Part shown: positions 18,032-26,091 of the stretch, piece by piece
How the letters are laid out: every line of letters begins with the position of its first letter
Position numbering within the stretch: the stretch's first letter is position 1
DNA from: a virus
Taxonomy: Duplodnaviria > Caudoviricetes
DNA: 30,708 nt
Virus record (IMG/VR): IMGVR_UViG_3300017978_000433
Span: 1-30,708 of that record
Strand: one strand, 5' to 3'
The notes under the pieces: generated by a model
What the model was told of the DNA's origin: nothing
The model's database searches: none
The model's input: only the letters and a program-made list of their open reading frames with translations
Made by a program: the position numbers and the translations under genes

Positions 18032-18736
18032 TTAGATCTTCATGATATATGCCAAAGCATAATATGGTGGAAGGTTTCTGTTCGTTCCAGTTTCACCAGT
18101 AGCAACAACCGTAGTTGTAACGTTCGTAGTAATAGTTGGTGTGTGAGTGTGGGAACGGCTTCTAGAAATCGTTACTGTGCTGTTTTCAAAATTCGTGCTA
18201 GTGAAACCATTATCTGAAAAAGTTTGACCACCACCAGCATTAGAAAAGACGCCGCTACCATATAAACTAGCATCACCTGATGATAGAGTGCCTGTCCAAG
18301 CATCAGTATCTGATGTCAAAGAACCAGATGAAACCGCAGAAGAAGTGGCAGTGTGTCCGTGATTAACAACCACAGAATCTTTAAAACCACCAGACTTAGT
18401 ATCCGCTCCAGTTACAAACGTTGTAGCTGAAGAAGTTGAATCTGACCTAGCACCAATTACGAATCTATCTCGTAAATCTGGCGTGTTGTTAGTGCCGTCG
18501 CACAATCTCCAACCAGAAGGAATTGATGTAACAGAACCACCCCACATAACGATACACCCGATCGGGATTGCTGAGAAGTTAGCAATAGACGTAACCAAGT
18601 TTGAAATATCAACTTGGTTTTTAGTGATAGCTTCAGCTTGTTGGTTTACTGTAACTTGGATGATGTCAAAGTTAGCATCTAAGTCTGCTAACTGAATGGC
18701 ACCTGTTCTTAACTTGAAACTATTTGGGATTTGCAT
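18032..18736 (-). CDS. Short fibre-like protein with phage tail-collar domain
   Basis: N-terminal coiled coil, PIGCIVMWGG...PSGWRLCDG...PDLRDRFVIG collar motif, HGH/HTH motifs, C-terminal NLPPYYALAYIMK. Confidence 0.8.
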   Translation of the reverse strand: MQIPNSFKLRTGAIQLADLDANFDIIQVTVNQQAEAITKNQVDISNLVTSIANFSAIPIGCIVMWGGSVTSIPSGWRLCDGTNNTPDLRDRFVIGARSDSTSSATTFVTGADTKSGGFKDSVVVNHGHTATSSAVSSGSLTSDTDAWTGTLSSGDASLYGSGVFSNAGGGQTFSDNGFTSTNFENSTVTISRSRSHTHTPTITTNVTTTVVATGETGTNRNLPPYYALAYIMKI

Positions 18737-18737
18737 G

Positions 18738-19298
18738 TTATGTCCAATTTACTACAACGTTGGCTGTATTCTTCCACTTAACAGTGGCATCATTAATACT
18801 ATTTATCCATTGTTTAAATAACGCTTCGTCAAGAGTTCCAGTCTTGGAAATATAACGGAGTAGCAATTCCTTGTTCAAATCCCAGTTGTTCTTTACAGTT
18901 TTAGTGTAGTCTTTGGTTGTAACCACGGTTGACTGGTTTCCAACAACTTCATATACAGTCGCAGTGTATGTGTACAAACGGCTTGGTGTCAAATCTGGAC
19001 TATACTCGATAACTTGTTCCAGTTTCTCGAGGTCGATTTTTCTAAAGTTATTTACAGAAATAAACTCGTTCGGTACAGCCGTTGTCTTATATTTGACAAA
19101 CATATTGAACACGTCAGAGTAGTAACCAGAGATGTTATTTCCACTAATGAAAACGTTCTCTGGGTTTGTATCTAATGTTGTCAGAACTACACTATACGTC
19201 TTAGATGGAAACTCGTCATCCGTGTAAGTCAACGAGTGCGAGAAAGCCTCATACTCGTCAACCGCTGGGAATGTTTCGATATTCCAAACTGCAGCCAT
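18738..19298 (-). CDS. Hypothetical baseplate-associated protein (gp5.1-like by position and size)
   Basis: 186-aa ORF coupled to gp5 by TAATG; beta-rich; ISGYY.DVF and V.NNW motifs; assignment mainly by synteny. Confidence 0.5.
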   Translation of the reverse strand: MAAVWNIETFPAVDEYEAFSHSLTYTDDEFPSKTYSVVLTTLDTNPENVFISGNNISGYYSDVFNMFVKYKTTAVPNEFISVNNFRKIDLEKLEQVIEYSPDLTPSRLYTYTATVYEVVGNQSTVVTTKDYTKTVKNNWDLNKELLLRYISKTGTLDEALFKQWINSINDATVKWKNTANVVVNWT

Positions 19299-22200
19299 TA
19301 GACTGTACCCTTCGGTGGGATTGTATTTAGTAAGAAGAAGCCAGAAGGCAAGCCCTTAGAGTTACGCTTGTAGACTTTGTCGTTGACCATAGTGAACGCC
19401 ATCTTACGGTTGTTATCCTTACGATAAGACATGTGCATCCACACAGAATCTGGGAAACGATACTCTAGAATCAATTGATCGTAAACAATTAACTGTTCAA
19501 TCTTCTGGATCATTTCGTATGTCTTAGTGTACTTGTCTGGAATCTTCAACACGATGTCCACGCAATGACCCTTACAGTGGTCAGACGTTGGTGACTCGTT
19601 TTTAACAACACCCTTCAAACGATAGCCTGAAGAAATAGCCCATTGTGAACCATAACCTGAACGACCACCTGGCAGAACTTCAATAATTGGTTCTAGAATG
19701 TTGTTAGCAGTCTCAGCTAAGTTACCAACAATTTCTTGCACGGTGTACAAGCGGTCTTGACCACCAGAAGCTGGCTGCAACATCTGTGGAGTAAGAATGT
19801 GTTTCTTATCAGCAATAACCATACCAAGAACAACGTTCTTAGATAGACGGTAATCGTTAGTGAAGTCTCTAGTGTTCTGAATATCACCCTTATCAACAGA
19901 GATAGGTTTACCAGAACCGCCAGTTGGAGCAGGAGCTGCTTCATCAGCTGTTGGAAGAATGACAGCGCCAGCAACACCTTCAGTTGATGCTTGTTGGTTC
20001 GCTGCAGCTCTACCTTCTGGAGTATCCCAGTCGTCTGGTGTTTCCACAACAGCCTTCTCTTCAAATTCTCTGGCTGGTGGTACAGAATAACCAATCACTG
20101 AGTTCAAAGGAGAACCCGCTGGAGGTGGAGTCAACTCGACGTTTGCTACATCAGCAGCGCTTCCAGCACTAACACCGAAGTTACCTTCAGAGTAGTTCAT
20201 ATTGAATGTACCAGCAACGTTAAAATCAGCATCACCTTGCGATTCAATAGCGAACTTAGCACCCTTGTGTGACATATCACCAACAGATTGCATTGATAGA
20301 TTAGCTTGGGACTTGGCGTTAATCTCGCCAGCGTCAACGTTAAATTTACCACCAGCTTTGACCAAGAAGTCTCCGCCAGCAGCTAGAGTTACGTCGTTAG
20401 CTACACCGATATCTAAGTTGTTACCAACTGTTAGAGTTGCGTTTTGTTCAACCTTAATATTGGCGTCAGAACGAGCGTAGATGTTAGTTTGGCCGTCAAC
20501 TGTAATGTTACATTCACCAGCAACGTGGATACATCCGTTTTGTTCCATCAGAACAAAGTTATCACCAACGATATAGTTTACCTGTGTACCGTTAGCATCT
20601 ACTTCAGTAAATGTACCAGAACGGTGGTACGTGTTAACACGTTCTTGACCAGGTGTGTCGTCAAACTCTTGAATATGACCAGACTCTGATTCAAACACTT
20701 TGTTGAATGGGTACTTAGCGCCATAAGGGGCAGCAGGTTGATCCCATTGTCCACCACCAGAAGTTGGAATACCCATTTTTCTGTTGGCGTCTTTTAACTT
20801 AACAACTGTACCTTCAATAACACCACGGGCTAGACGGTTCACGTCAGACTCGCCGATATAATCTTGAAGAGGATATTTGTTGTTTGGATCACGGAAACCT
20901 AAACCAAACGAACCAGTCTCAATAGACTTTTTAGATGGTCCTGGCTTTGAGTTAGTAGAATCTTCAATGGCAGGAAGAGCTGCACCAGCGTCTTTGTTTA
21001 CACCACCGCCACCTTCTTTACCGTAGAAGTATTCGTAGTATCTCAATTTACGAGCAGCAATATCTGGTGAGTTTACACCAACTGCTTTCTTGGCAGAGTA
21101 GAAGTAATCTGGGTGAGCGTTAGCATTAACACCCTTTGCCACTCGATCTTTGATATACAACGCAGCGATAATAGCTGATGTGTTAATATCTAAGTCTAGA
21201 GTATCTGGGAAGTTTACAATGTCAACCAGTAGACCCATCTTTTGAGCCATATCATTGTAACGCTTGTAGTTTGAGTAACCAGTCAATTGAATGAAGCCAC
21301 GTCCATAATACTTACCAGCCATCTCGTCGGATGTGTGACCAAAGAATCCTTTACCACGCTTCGTTGGACCATAAGCCCAAGAGAAAAACTCTTCACGTGT
21401 AACACCATTCTTTGTGGCGTTAGCATATTTCGCAACGTCTTCATCGGTCGCGAAAGAATAGATTTGTTTCAAACGTGCTGGGGAATAGTTGTATGATTCT
21501 TTCTGAGGGATCCAACCAGACTCACCACCAGCAATACCCAACAAGGCACACTTCTGTTCCTTAGTAGTTAGACCAACTTTATCACAGGCAGCGATAAGTG
21601 CCTTGATACCTTCGGAGGCTTTCGTTTGAGTATTCTTAAACTCAGGAATAGGCGGAAGAGTTGGAATCTCGTTGTTGACTGGAGTTGTCTTAACTGCTTC
21701 AGCCTTTTGATCAAGCGTTGAACCTGTGATGTTAGTCTTGGAAGCAACAACAGCTTGCACAGAAGCCAGAGGTGGTTCAAAGTCAATTAGGTTTTCAGTA
21801 TAATCACGAACAGGCTTAGAAATTGTAATCTGAGTACCGTTGTCAATGGAAACAATGACTGTACCATATTCAATACCATAACCACTAACACGCATGTTCG
21901 CTGTTAGTTTAGAAGTCAAATCTTGACGGTTATAGTCAGGGTCATACAGCTTAATAACTTGACCGCTTGTTGGTCCAGGAACGCTTCGTAAACGAACAAC
22001 GTCTTTACCAGCCGTGTCAGTTTCAGCAATTGGTCCAGAGTCGTCAAAGTCAATAGGCACTGGGTTTGTGGCGATACCACCAACAGCGCCCATGATAATA
22101 CCCTGTTGGTATGAGTCATCAAGATACATAACAACAACTGATGAGCCTTCAACTGGTCCAATTGGAGTGTGACCAATACCATTCATCGCCGCAGATGTAA

Positions 22201-22354
22201 CTGGTTGCATGGCTGCACACCATGGCAAATCTGACGTAGGTAATAAGTTCTTGTCGTGAGTATGTAAACCAACCACGCGAACTTGGCAACGACCAAGTTC
22301 CAACGGGTCAACACGGTTTTCAACTACACCGAAGTAAATACTATTTTGAGCCAT
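19298..22354 (-). CDS. gp5: Baseplate central spike gp5 with GH19-like glycosidase and C-terminal peptidase M15-like domains
   Basis: N-terminal OB fold (FGVVENRVDPLELGRCQVRV.G.H), GH19-like motif YYGRGFIQLTG..NY, YPFNKV.ESESGHIQEFDDTPG.ER, 8-residue beta-helix repeats, then SSGYR...SDH..G..VD...W.H.S. Confidence 0.92.
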   Translation of the reverse strand: MAQNSIYFGVVENRVDPLELGRCQVRVVGLHTHDKNLLPTSDLPWCAAMQPVTSAAMNGIGHTPIGPVEGSSVVVMYLDDSYQQGIIMGAVGGIATNPVPIDFDDSGPIAETDTAGKDVVRLRSVPGPTSGQVIKLYDPDYNRQDLTSKLTANMRVSGYGIEYGTVIVSIDNGTQITISKPVRDYTENLIDFEPPLASVQAVVASKTNITGSTLDQKAEAVKTTPVNNEIPTLPPIPEFKNTQTKASEGIKALIAACDKVGLTTKEQKCALLGIAGGESGWIPQKESYNYSPARLKQIYSFATDEDVAKYANATKNGVTREEFFSWAYGPTKRGKGFFGHTSDEMAGKYYGRGFIQLTGYSNYKRYNDMAQKMGLLVDIVNFPDTLDLDINTSAIIAALYIKDRVAKGVNANAHPDYFYSAKKAVGVNSPDIAARKLRYYEYFYGKEGGGGVNKDAGAALPAIEDSTNSKPGPSKKSIETGSFGLGFRDPNNKYPLQDYIGESDVNRLARGVIEGTVVKLKDANRKMGIPTSGGGQWDQPAAPYGAKYPFNKVFESESGHIQEFDDTPGQERVNTYHRSGTFTEVDANGTQVNYIVGDNFVLMEQNGCIHVAGECNITVDGQTNIYARSDANIKVEQNATLTVGNNLDIGVANDVTLAAGGDFLVKAGGKFNVDAGEINAKSQANLSMQSVGDMSHKGAKFAIESQGDADFNVAGTFNMNYSEGNFGVSAGSAADVANVELTPPPAGSPLNSVIGYSVPPAREFEEKAVVETPDDWDTPEGRAAANQQASTEGVAGAVILPTADEAAPAPTGGSGKPISVDKGDIQNTRDFTNDYRLSKNVVLGMVIADKKHILTPQMLQPASGGQDRLYTVQEIVGNLAETANNILEPIIEVLPGGRSGYGSQWAISSGYRLKGVVKNESPTSDHCKGHCVDIVLKIPDKYTKTYEMIQKIEQLIVYDQLILEYRFPDSVWMHMSYRKDNNRKMAFTMVNDKVYKRNSKGLPSGFFLLNTIPPKGTV
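19324..19331 (-). promoter_or_regulatory. Possible late promoter (ACTAAATA) in the 3' end of gp5
   Basis: Same octamer as at 8876; 25 nt upstream of the 186-aa gene. Confidence 0.4.
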
Positions 22355-23637
22355 TATCCAACTTTCTTCTTCATAGAGTCTTTAATCAATTCAATAAAAC
22401 ATGTGTGACCGTCTGTGGAGATTTGGTGGTTGATGGCGGATACCAAATACTTACCGCTGTTAACAGTATCAACCAAATCTTCGTTTCTGTCACTCTTTTT
22501 CATAGGCTGCTTTTTATACAAAGTCAATTCAGCTACCTGTCCAACTGTGTAGTCGCAACGACCAGCAACCGTGATATTAACCTTCTGAGCTTCAGCCATC
22601 TTCAAGAAAGAGATGCGTTCTTGAAGAACACGAGCGTTGGTTGTATCACCGAAGCTAGTAAAAGTTTCAAACGCTCTAGGGAATAGAATGTGTTTAGCGT
22701 TACTTCTACCAACAGCTTTGTCGGAGAACAGAGGGTTCTCGTTCAAGTGAATCTGCTTGGAGAACTTCTTCTTAATATCGAAGTTCTTAACAGTGTATGT
22801 CTTCTTAGTAGAATCGTATGAGATTAGTTTAGAGTTATACATACCACCAGACAATCTGTCCATGTAGTCGTATGATTCAATAAAGTCAATCTCGCCAACA
22901 CGTTTGTAATCTTCTAAAATGTTCAGTGCGTTACCACCCTGTGGGAAGTTATCACGTGAATACTTATCCATGATAAACTGTTGGAAAGTTTTGGTCTTAT
23001 ACAAACTCTCCAACGATCTAAAATTAAAGCCATCACGGTTCTCATAGAATAAGAACGATGGTGATTGGTTTTCTGAGATGGAGTTGTCTGAAAGATATGT
23101 TAAGTTTTGAACTGGTCCCCAGTATGGAGAAACGTACTTGATTGTGTTACGAGTATTCTCAACGTTGAACTTCTTTTTACTTTCAAGTCCGTCGATCTTG
23201 TCAACGACGAAAGTTCTAACGATGTCTGAAATCTTACCAGAGAAAACTCTGCTGATTTTCTTGTTAGTATCAACTAACGCTTCAGCTGAGATAAAGTTCA
23301 ATTCGTAACCAACGGCTCTATCGCCAATGTTAATCTTATCGTTCATCTTATAGATGTGGAAAAGACCGCTGATTGGTTTATCCAGCGTTGGTGTTGATAC
23401 TTTGATTTCAATAAATTCTTCGCCGATTAGAGGCAGCAAAGAATGCAAGTCGAATGATTCTTTTAGAACTACTGAACCTGTGATGAATGGTGAGAAGATA
23501 TCTTCAAATATCCTCAATTGAATTACTTGGTTTCTGACGTTCTGGTAAATACCTTTGGGTGTGATGATATCCACCTTTTCGATACTTACATCGCCAGCAA
23601 ACCTTAACGTATTAGCAGCATTGACAATTTCAGGCAT
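22354..23637 (-). CDS. Baseplate hub protein, gp27-like
   Basis: Between gp53 and gp5; IFEDIFSPFITG...LPLIGEE, FLFYENRDGFNFRSLE and G...VG...SGKYLVSAINH motifs of hub/GPD-like proteins. Confidence 0.65.
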   Translation of the reverse strand: MPEIVNAANTLRFAGDVSIEKVDIITPKGIYQNVRNQVIQLRIFEDIFSPFITGSVVLKESFDLHSLLPLIGEEFIEIKVSTPTLDKPISGLFHIYKMNDKINIGDRAVGYELNFISAEALVDTNKKISRVFSGKISDIVRTFVVDKIDGLESKKKFNVENTRNTIKYVSPYWGPVQNLTYLSDNSISENQSPSFLFYENRDGFNFRSLESLYKTKTFQQFIMDKYSRDNFPQGGNALNILEDYKRVGEIDFIESYDYMDRLSGGMYNSKLISYDSTKKTYTVKNFDIKKKFSKQIHLNENPLFSDKAVGRSNAKHILFPRAFETFTSFGDTTNARVLQERISFLKMAEAQKVNITVAGRCDYTVGQVAELTLYKKQPMKKSDRNEDLVDTVNSGKYLVSAINHQISTDGHTCFIELIKDSMKKKVG

Positions 23638-24446
23638 TATAACTCATCTTGATAGTTTCTAAGGATTGTTTCCAACAGAGTCGGAGAGATAATCTTGATT
23701 CTTCGCTTTTGATCATTCTCATATCTATGTTGCGTGTCGCCAGTGATTGGGATTGCTCCGCTCATTGGGTTAACAGTTTGCCCCTGTGAATTTACATAGT
23801 ACACAGGGTTGTATTCTCTACCTTCAGTAATGATTGTAAGTTCAACATTACCAATACCAGCTTCAACTGTTGCGCCTTCTTTTCCATGCGCGAGTAACCA
23901 TTCATCAGAATGGTTGACTAATGGGAAGTAGAAATATTGAGTAGCTACATCTAGACCAAGTGGGTCTGTTGGGAAGTTCAGGTCAATCACAAAAGACTTA
24001 TCATCGTCTTGGATTCTAATTTTAACGGCAGCTGTTAAATATGCTGGGTCAAATGGAACTGCAGTGCTTGTAATTTTGATATGAAAGTAGACTAAACCAT
24101 CTTCATGCGTATCCCAGAACCAATCGCTGGAGTACATCATTGGGTTATATACATCAGCAATGTGCTTCGCTAGAACTGTTTCTGGTACAGGGAAGTCTGC
24201 GCGATAATCGTACTTACCATTGGCAAGCATAACAACCCAGTGATACTCTGGAGTGCCATAAAACTTTTCAGAAATGATTTCTGGCGTTTCACCGTCAATG
24301 ATATCGTATTCGTCAAACAGCGTAACGTTGGAAAGAACTTCTTTTCTAAGTCTAACGTTACGTGTAATGTCTTTTACAATACTTGTCTTGATTCTATCAC
24401 CGTAGTTAAAGTCATAAAGAAACTGCGGGAATTCTTTGAAGTACAT
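23637..24446 (-). CDS. gp53: Baseplate wedge subunit gp53
   Basis: MYFKEFP...DI, YDIIDGETPEIIS.KFYG...HWVV..AN (LysM-like), C-terminal E.ND.KR.IKI motifs. Confidence 0.9.
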   Translation of the reverse strand: MYFKEFPQFLYDFNYGDRIKTSIVKDITRNVRLRKEVLSNVTLFDEYDIIDGETPEIISEKFYGTPEYHWVVMLANGKYDYRADFPVPETVLAKHIADVYNPMMYSSDWFWDTHEDGLVYFHIKITSTAVPFDPAYLTAAVKIRIQDDDKSFVIDLNFPTDPLGLDVATQYFYFPLVNHSDEWLLAHGKEGATVEAGIGNVELTIITEGREYNPVYYVNSQGQTVNPMSGAIPITGDTQHRYENDQKRRIKIISPTLLETILRNYQDEL

Positions 24447-24447
24447 A

Positions 24448-25602
24448 TTATAGACCTCCTGGCGTTAGACCAATAGTTTCTTTCGAAGCAAGTTGTAGTT
24501 CTCTAAACTCTAGTGACATATTGATTTGAGTTGGCATACCGTTTGCAAATACAGAGAAGTTACCATTCGGTGTATAGTTGACGCTCATGCTTTCCAAAAC
24601 GCATGAAGTATGTTTGTGTAGGTTTAAGTTTTCCATTCCACCAGTATAATACGTGATGTCGAATTCAGAAGGGTAGATCCAAACGTAGTTCAATTCACTC
24701 TTGAACTCTGGGTGCATATGTAGCTTAAACTGGTGGATGATGTTTAAAACGTTTTGAGCTTCAGCTTCATCTCTTGGATAGAATTGATAGTCAAACGTAA
24801 ACTTACGGAAGTCAACACCTTGGAAAGTTTGTTCTTTCTTAGGGTTAGATGCTAAACCAGTTGCACCGCTGATAGCGTCTTTACCTGGCACCTTGTTCAT
24901 ACCATAAGCAAAAGCAGCTTCGGCGCCAGTAGCCATTGTATCTGTAAGGTTCTTCTTAGCAGCCGATGCGTTACCAGAAAGAGCAGCACCAACAGCATTA
25001 ACACCAGAAGAACCTGCTGACATTAGAGCCTGAGCCGTAGCAGTTTCTGCTTCACCCCATTGTGTAGCGTATCTAACGCTCAATTGGTTTGGAATGTGTA
25101 GAGCGATAGCAGTCTTCAAACGACGTTGGCTTCTAGCGTTAAAAGGTACAGCGTTCTTAATAGCTTCAATATCAATCTTACCAACAGCGTCTGGTAATGC
25201 CTTATTGGCTGAGCTGATAACACCTTCAAAAGTGTCTGTTAATTTCTTAGCGTTAGCGACCAATGAACCACGCATTCTAGCTTCAGTCTTGTGGTCTAAT
25301 TCTACAGTTTCTTCAGTAAGTGCTAGTCTAGAAGCGTCCGAGAGGTTGACGTAGAAGATAGCATAATTACCACCGTATTGAGGTGATAGCAAATCCATCG
25401 GGTAAGACATCTGGTCTACCCTATATTTGTTCACGTCGAAAGAACGGCGACTGTTGTCAATCCACTTTTCTCTTGGTGGATTGAGTGCTTTCGTTGTGAT
25501 GTCCTTCGCAGACGTAGCAGCGTCTTTTGAAGTTTTTACTGCGCCAGAAACGAAGCCTTTGGCATCACTTACCTTCTGGCTCATGTAATCGAGAATTCCC
25601 AT
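24448..25602 (-). CDS. gp48: Baseplate tail-tube cap gp48
   Basis: IALHIP..L...Y...W, NP..EQ.FQGV.FR.F.FDY.F.P....EA..V..II..FK...HP, CVL....VNYTP.G, P....MSL.FRE motifs. Confidence 0.88.
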   Translation of the reverse strand: MGILDYMSQKVSDAKGFVSGAVKTSKDAATSAKDITTKALNPPREKWIDNSRRSFDVNKYRVDQMSYPMDLLSPQYGGNYAIFYVNLSDASRLALTEETVELDHKTEARMRGSLVANAKKLTDTFEGVISSANKALPDAVGKIDIEAIKNAVPFNARSQRRLKTAIALHIPNQLSVRYATQWGEAETATAQALMSAGSSGVNAVGAALSGNASAAKKNLTDTMATGAEAAFAYGMNKVPGKDAISGATGLASNPKKEQTFQGVDFRKFTFDYQFYPRDEAEAQNVLNIIHQFKLHMHPEFKSELNYVWIYPSEFDITYYTGGMENLNLHKHTSCVLESMSVNYTPNGNFSVFANGMPTQINMSLEFRELQLASKETIGLTPGGL

Positions 25603-25610
25603 ACAGGCTT

Positions 25611-25618
25611 CCTAAATA
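25611..25618 (+). promoter_or_regulatory. Late promoter (CCTAAATA) for gp4 and the rightward block
   Basis: In the divergent gap, 22 nt before the ATG at 25641. Confidence 0.7.
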
Positions 25619-25635
25619 TTTTTTATTTGATTATA

Positions 25636-25643
25636 TATTTATG
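25636..25643 (-). promoter_or_regulatory. Late promoter (CATAAATA) for gp48 and the leftward block
   Basis: Reverse complement of TATTTATG; overlaps the gp4 start codon; 33 nt before the gp48 ATG, which has an AGGA SD. Confidence 0.7.
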
Positions 25644-26075
25644 TTCCATAAAAGACGTTATGTACCAATAAACCCACAAAAATACTCTGGGGACGTATCA
25701 AATATCATAATGCGTTCTTCATGGGAGACGAGGTTTGCAAAGTGGTGCGACACAAACCCTCAAATAGTTCGTTGGAGTTCGGAAGAGACGGTAATTCCGT
25801 ATATGTGTCCAACTGATAATAAGCTACACCGATACTTCATAGATTTCAAGATCCGTGTGCAGCAAAGAGACGGTTCAACTAGAACTTACCTAATCGAAGT
25901 AAAACCGTTAAAACAGACTGCGCCGCCAGTATTCCCTGGCAAGCGTACCCAACGCTATTTAGCTGAATCGTACAGTTTTATCAAAAACCAAGCTAAATGG
26001 AAAGCAGCGACCGACTATGCCAAAGATCGTGGCTGGGAATTTAAAATCATTACAGAAAAGGAACTTGGCTTATAA
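25641..26075 (+). CDS. gp4: Head completion nuclease gp4 (TnsA-like PD-(D/E)XK)
   Basis: Start revised to ATG 25641 (144 aa); P.NP.KY.GD...I..RSSWE..F..WCD, W.SE...IPY, HRYF.DF, IEVKP, NQAKW.AA, F.I.TE motifs. Confidence 0.93.
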   Translation: MFHKRRYVPINPQKYSGDVSNIIMRSSWETRFAKWCDTNPQIVRWSSEETVIPYMCPTDNKLHRYFIDFKIRVQQRDGSTRTYLIEVKPLKQTAPPVFPGKRTQRYLAESYSFIKNQAKWKAATDYAKDRGWEFKIITEKELGL

Positions 26076-26077
26076 TA

Positions 26078-26085
26078 CCTAAATA
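26078..26085 (+). promoter_or_regulatory. Late promoter (CCTAAATA) 6 nt before the gp2 ATG
   Basis: Intergenic; identical to the octamer at 25611. Confidence 0.7.
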
Positions 26086-26091
26086 TAGGAT

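Noticed and set aside
482-24476. Many short + strand ORFs and alternate-frame - strand ORFs nested in the structural genes
   Set aside because: They are shadow ORFs expected from codon bias; none has a recognisable motif or clear SD, and all overlap well-supported genes.
25527-25640. N-terminal extension of gp4 given in the ORF track
   Set aside because: It overlaps gp48 on the other strand and spans the promoter gap; gp4 motifs begin after ATG 25641.
25641-26075. TnsA-like nuclease as a transposon or homing endonuclease
   Set aside because: Motifs and position next to gp2 fit the core T4 gp4 head-completion protein; no inverted repeats or intron context.
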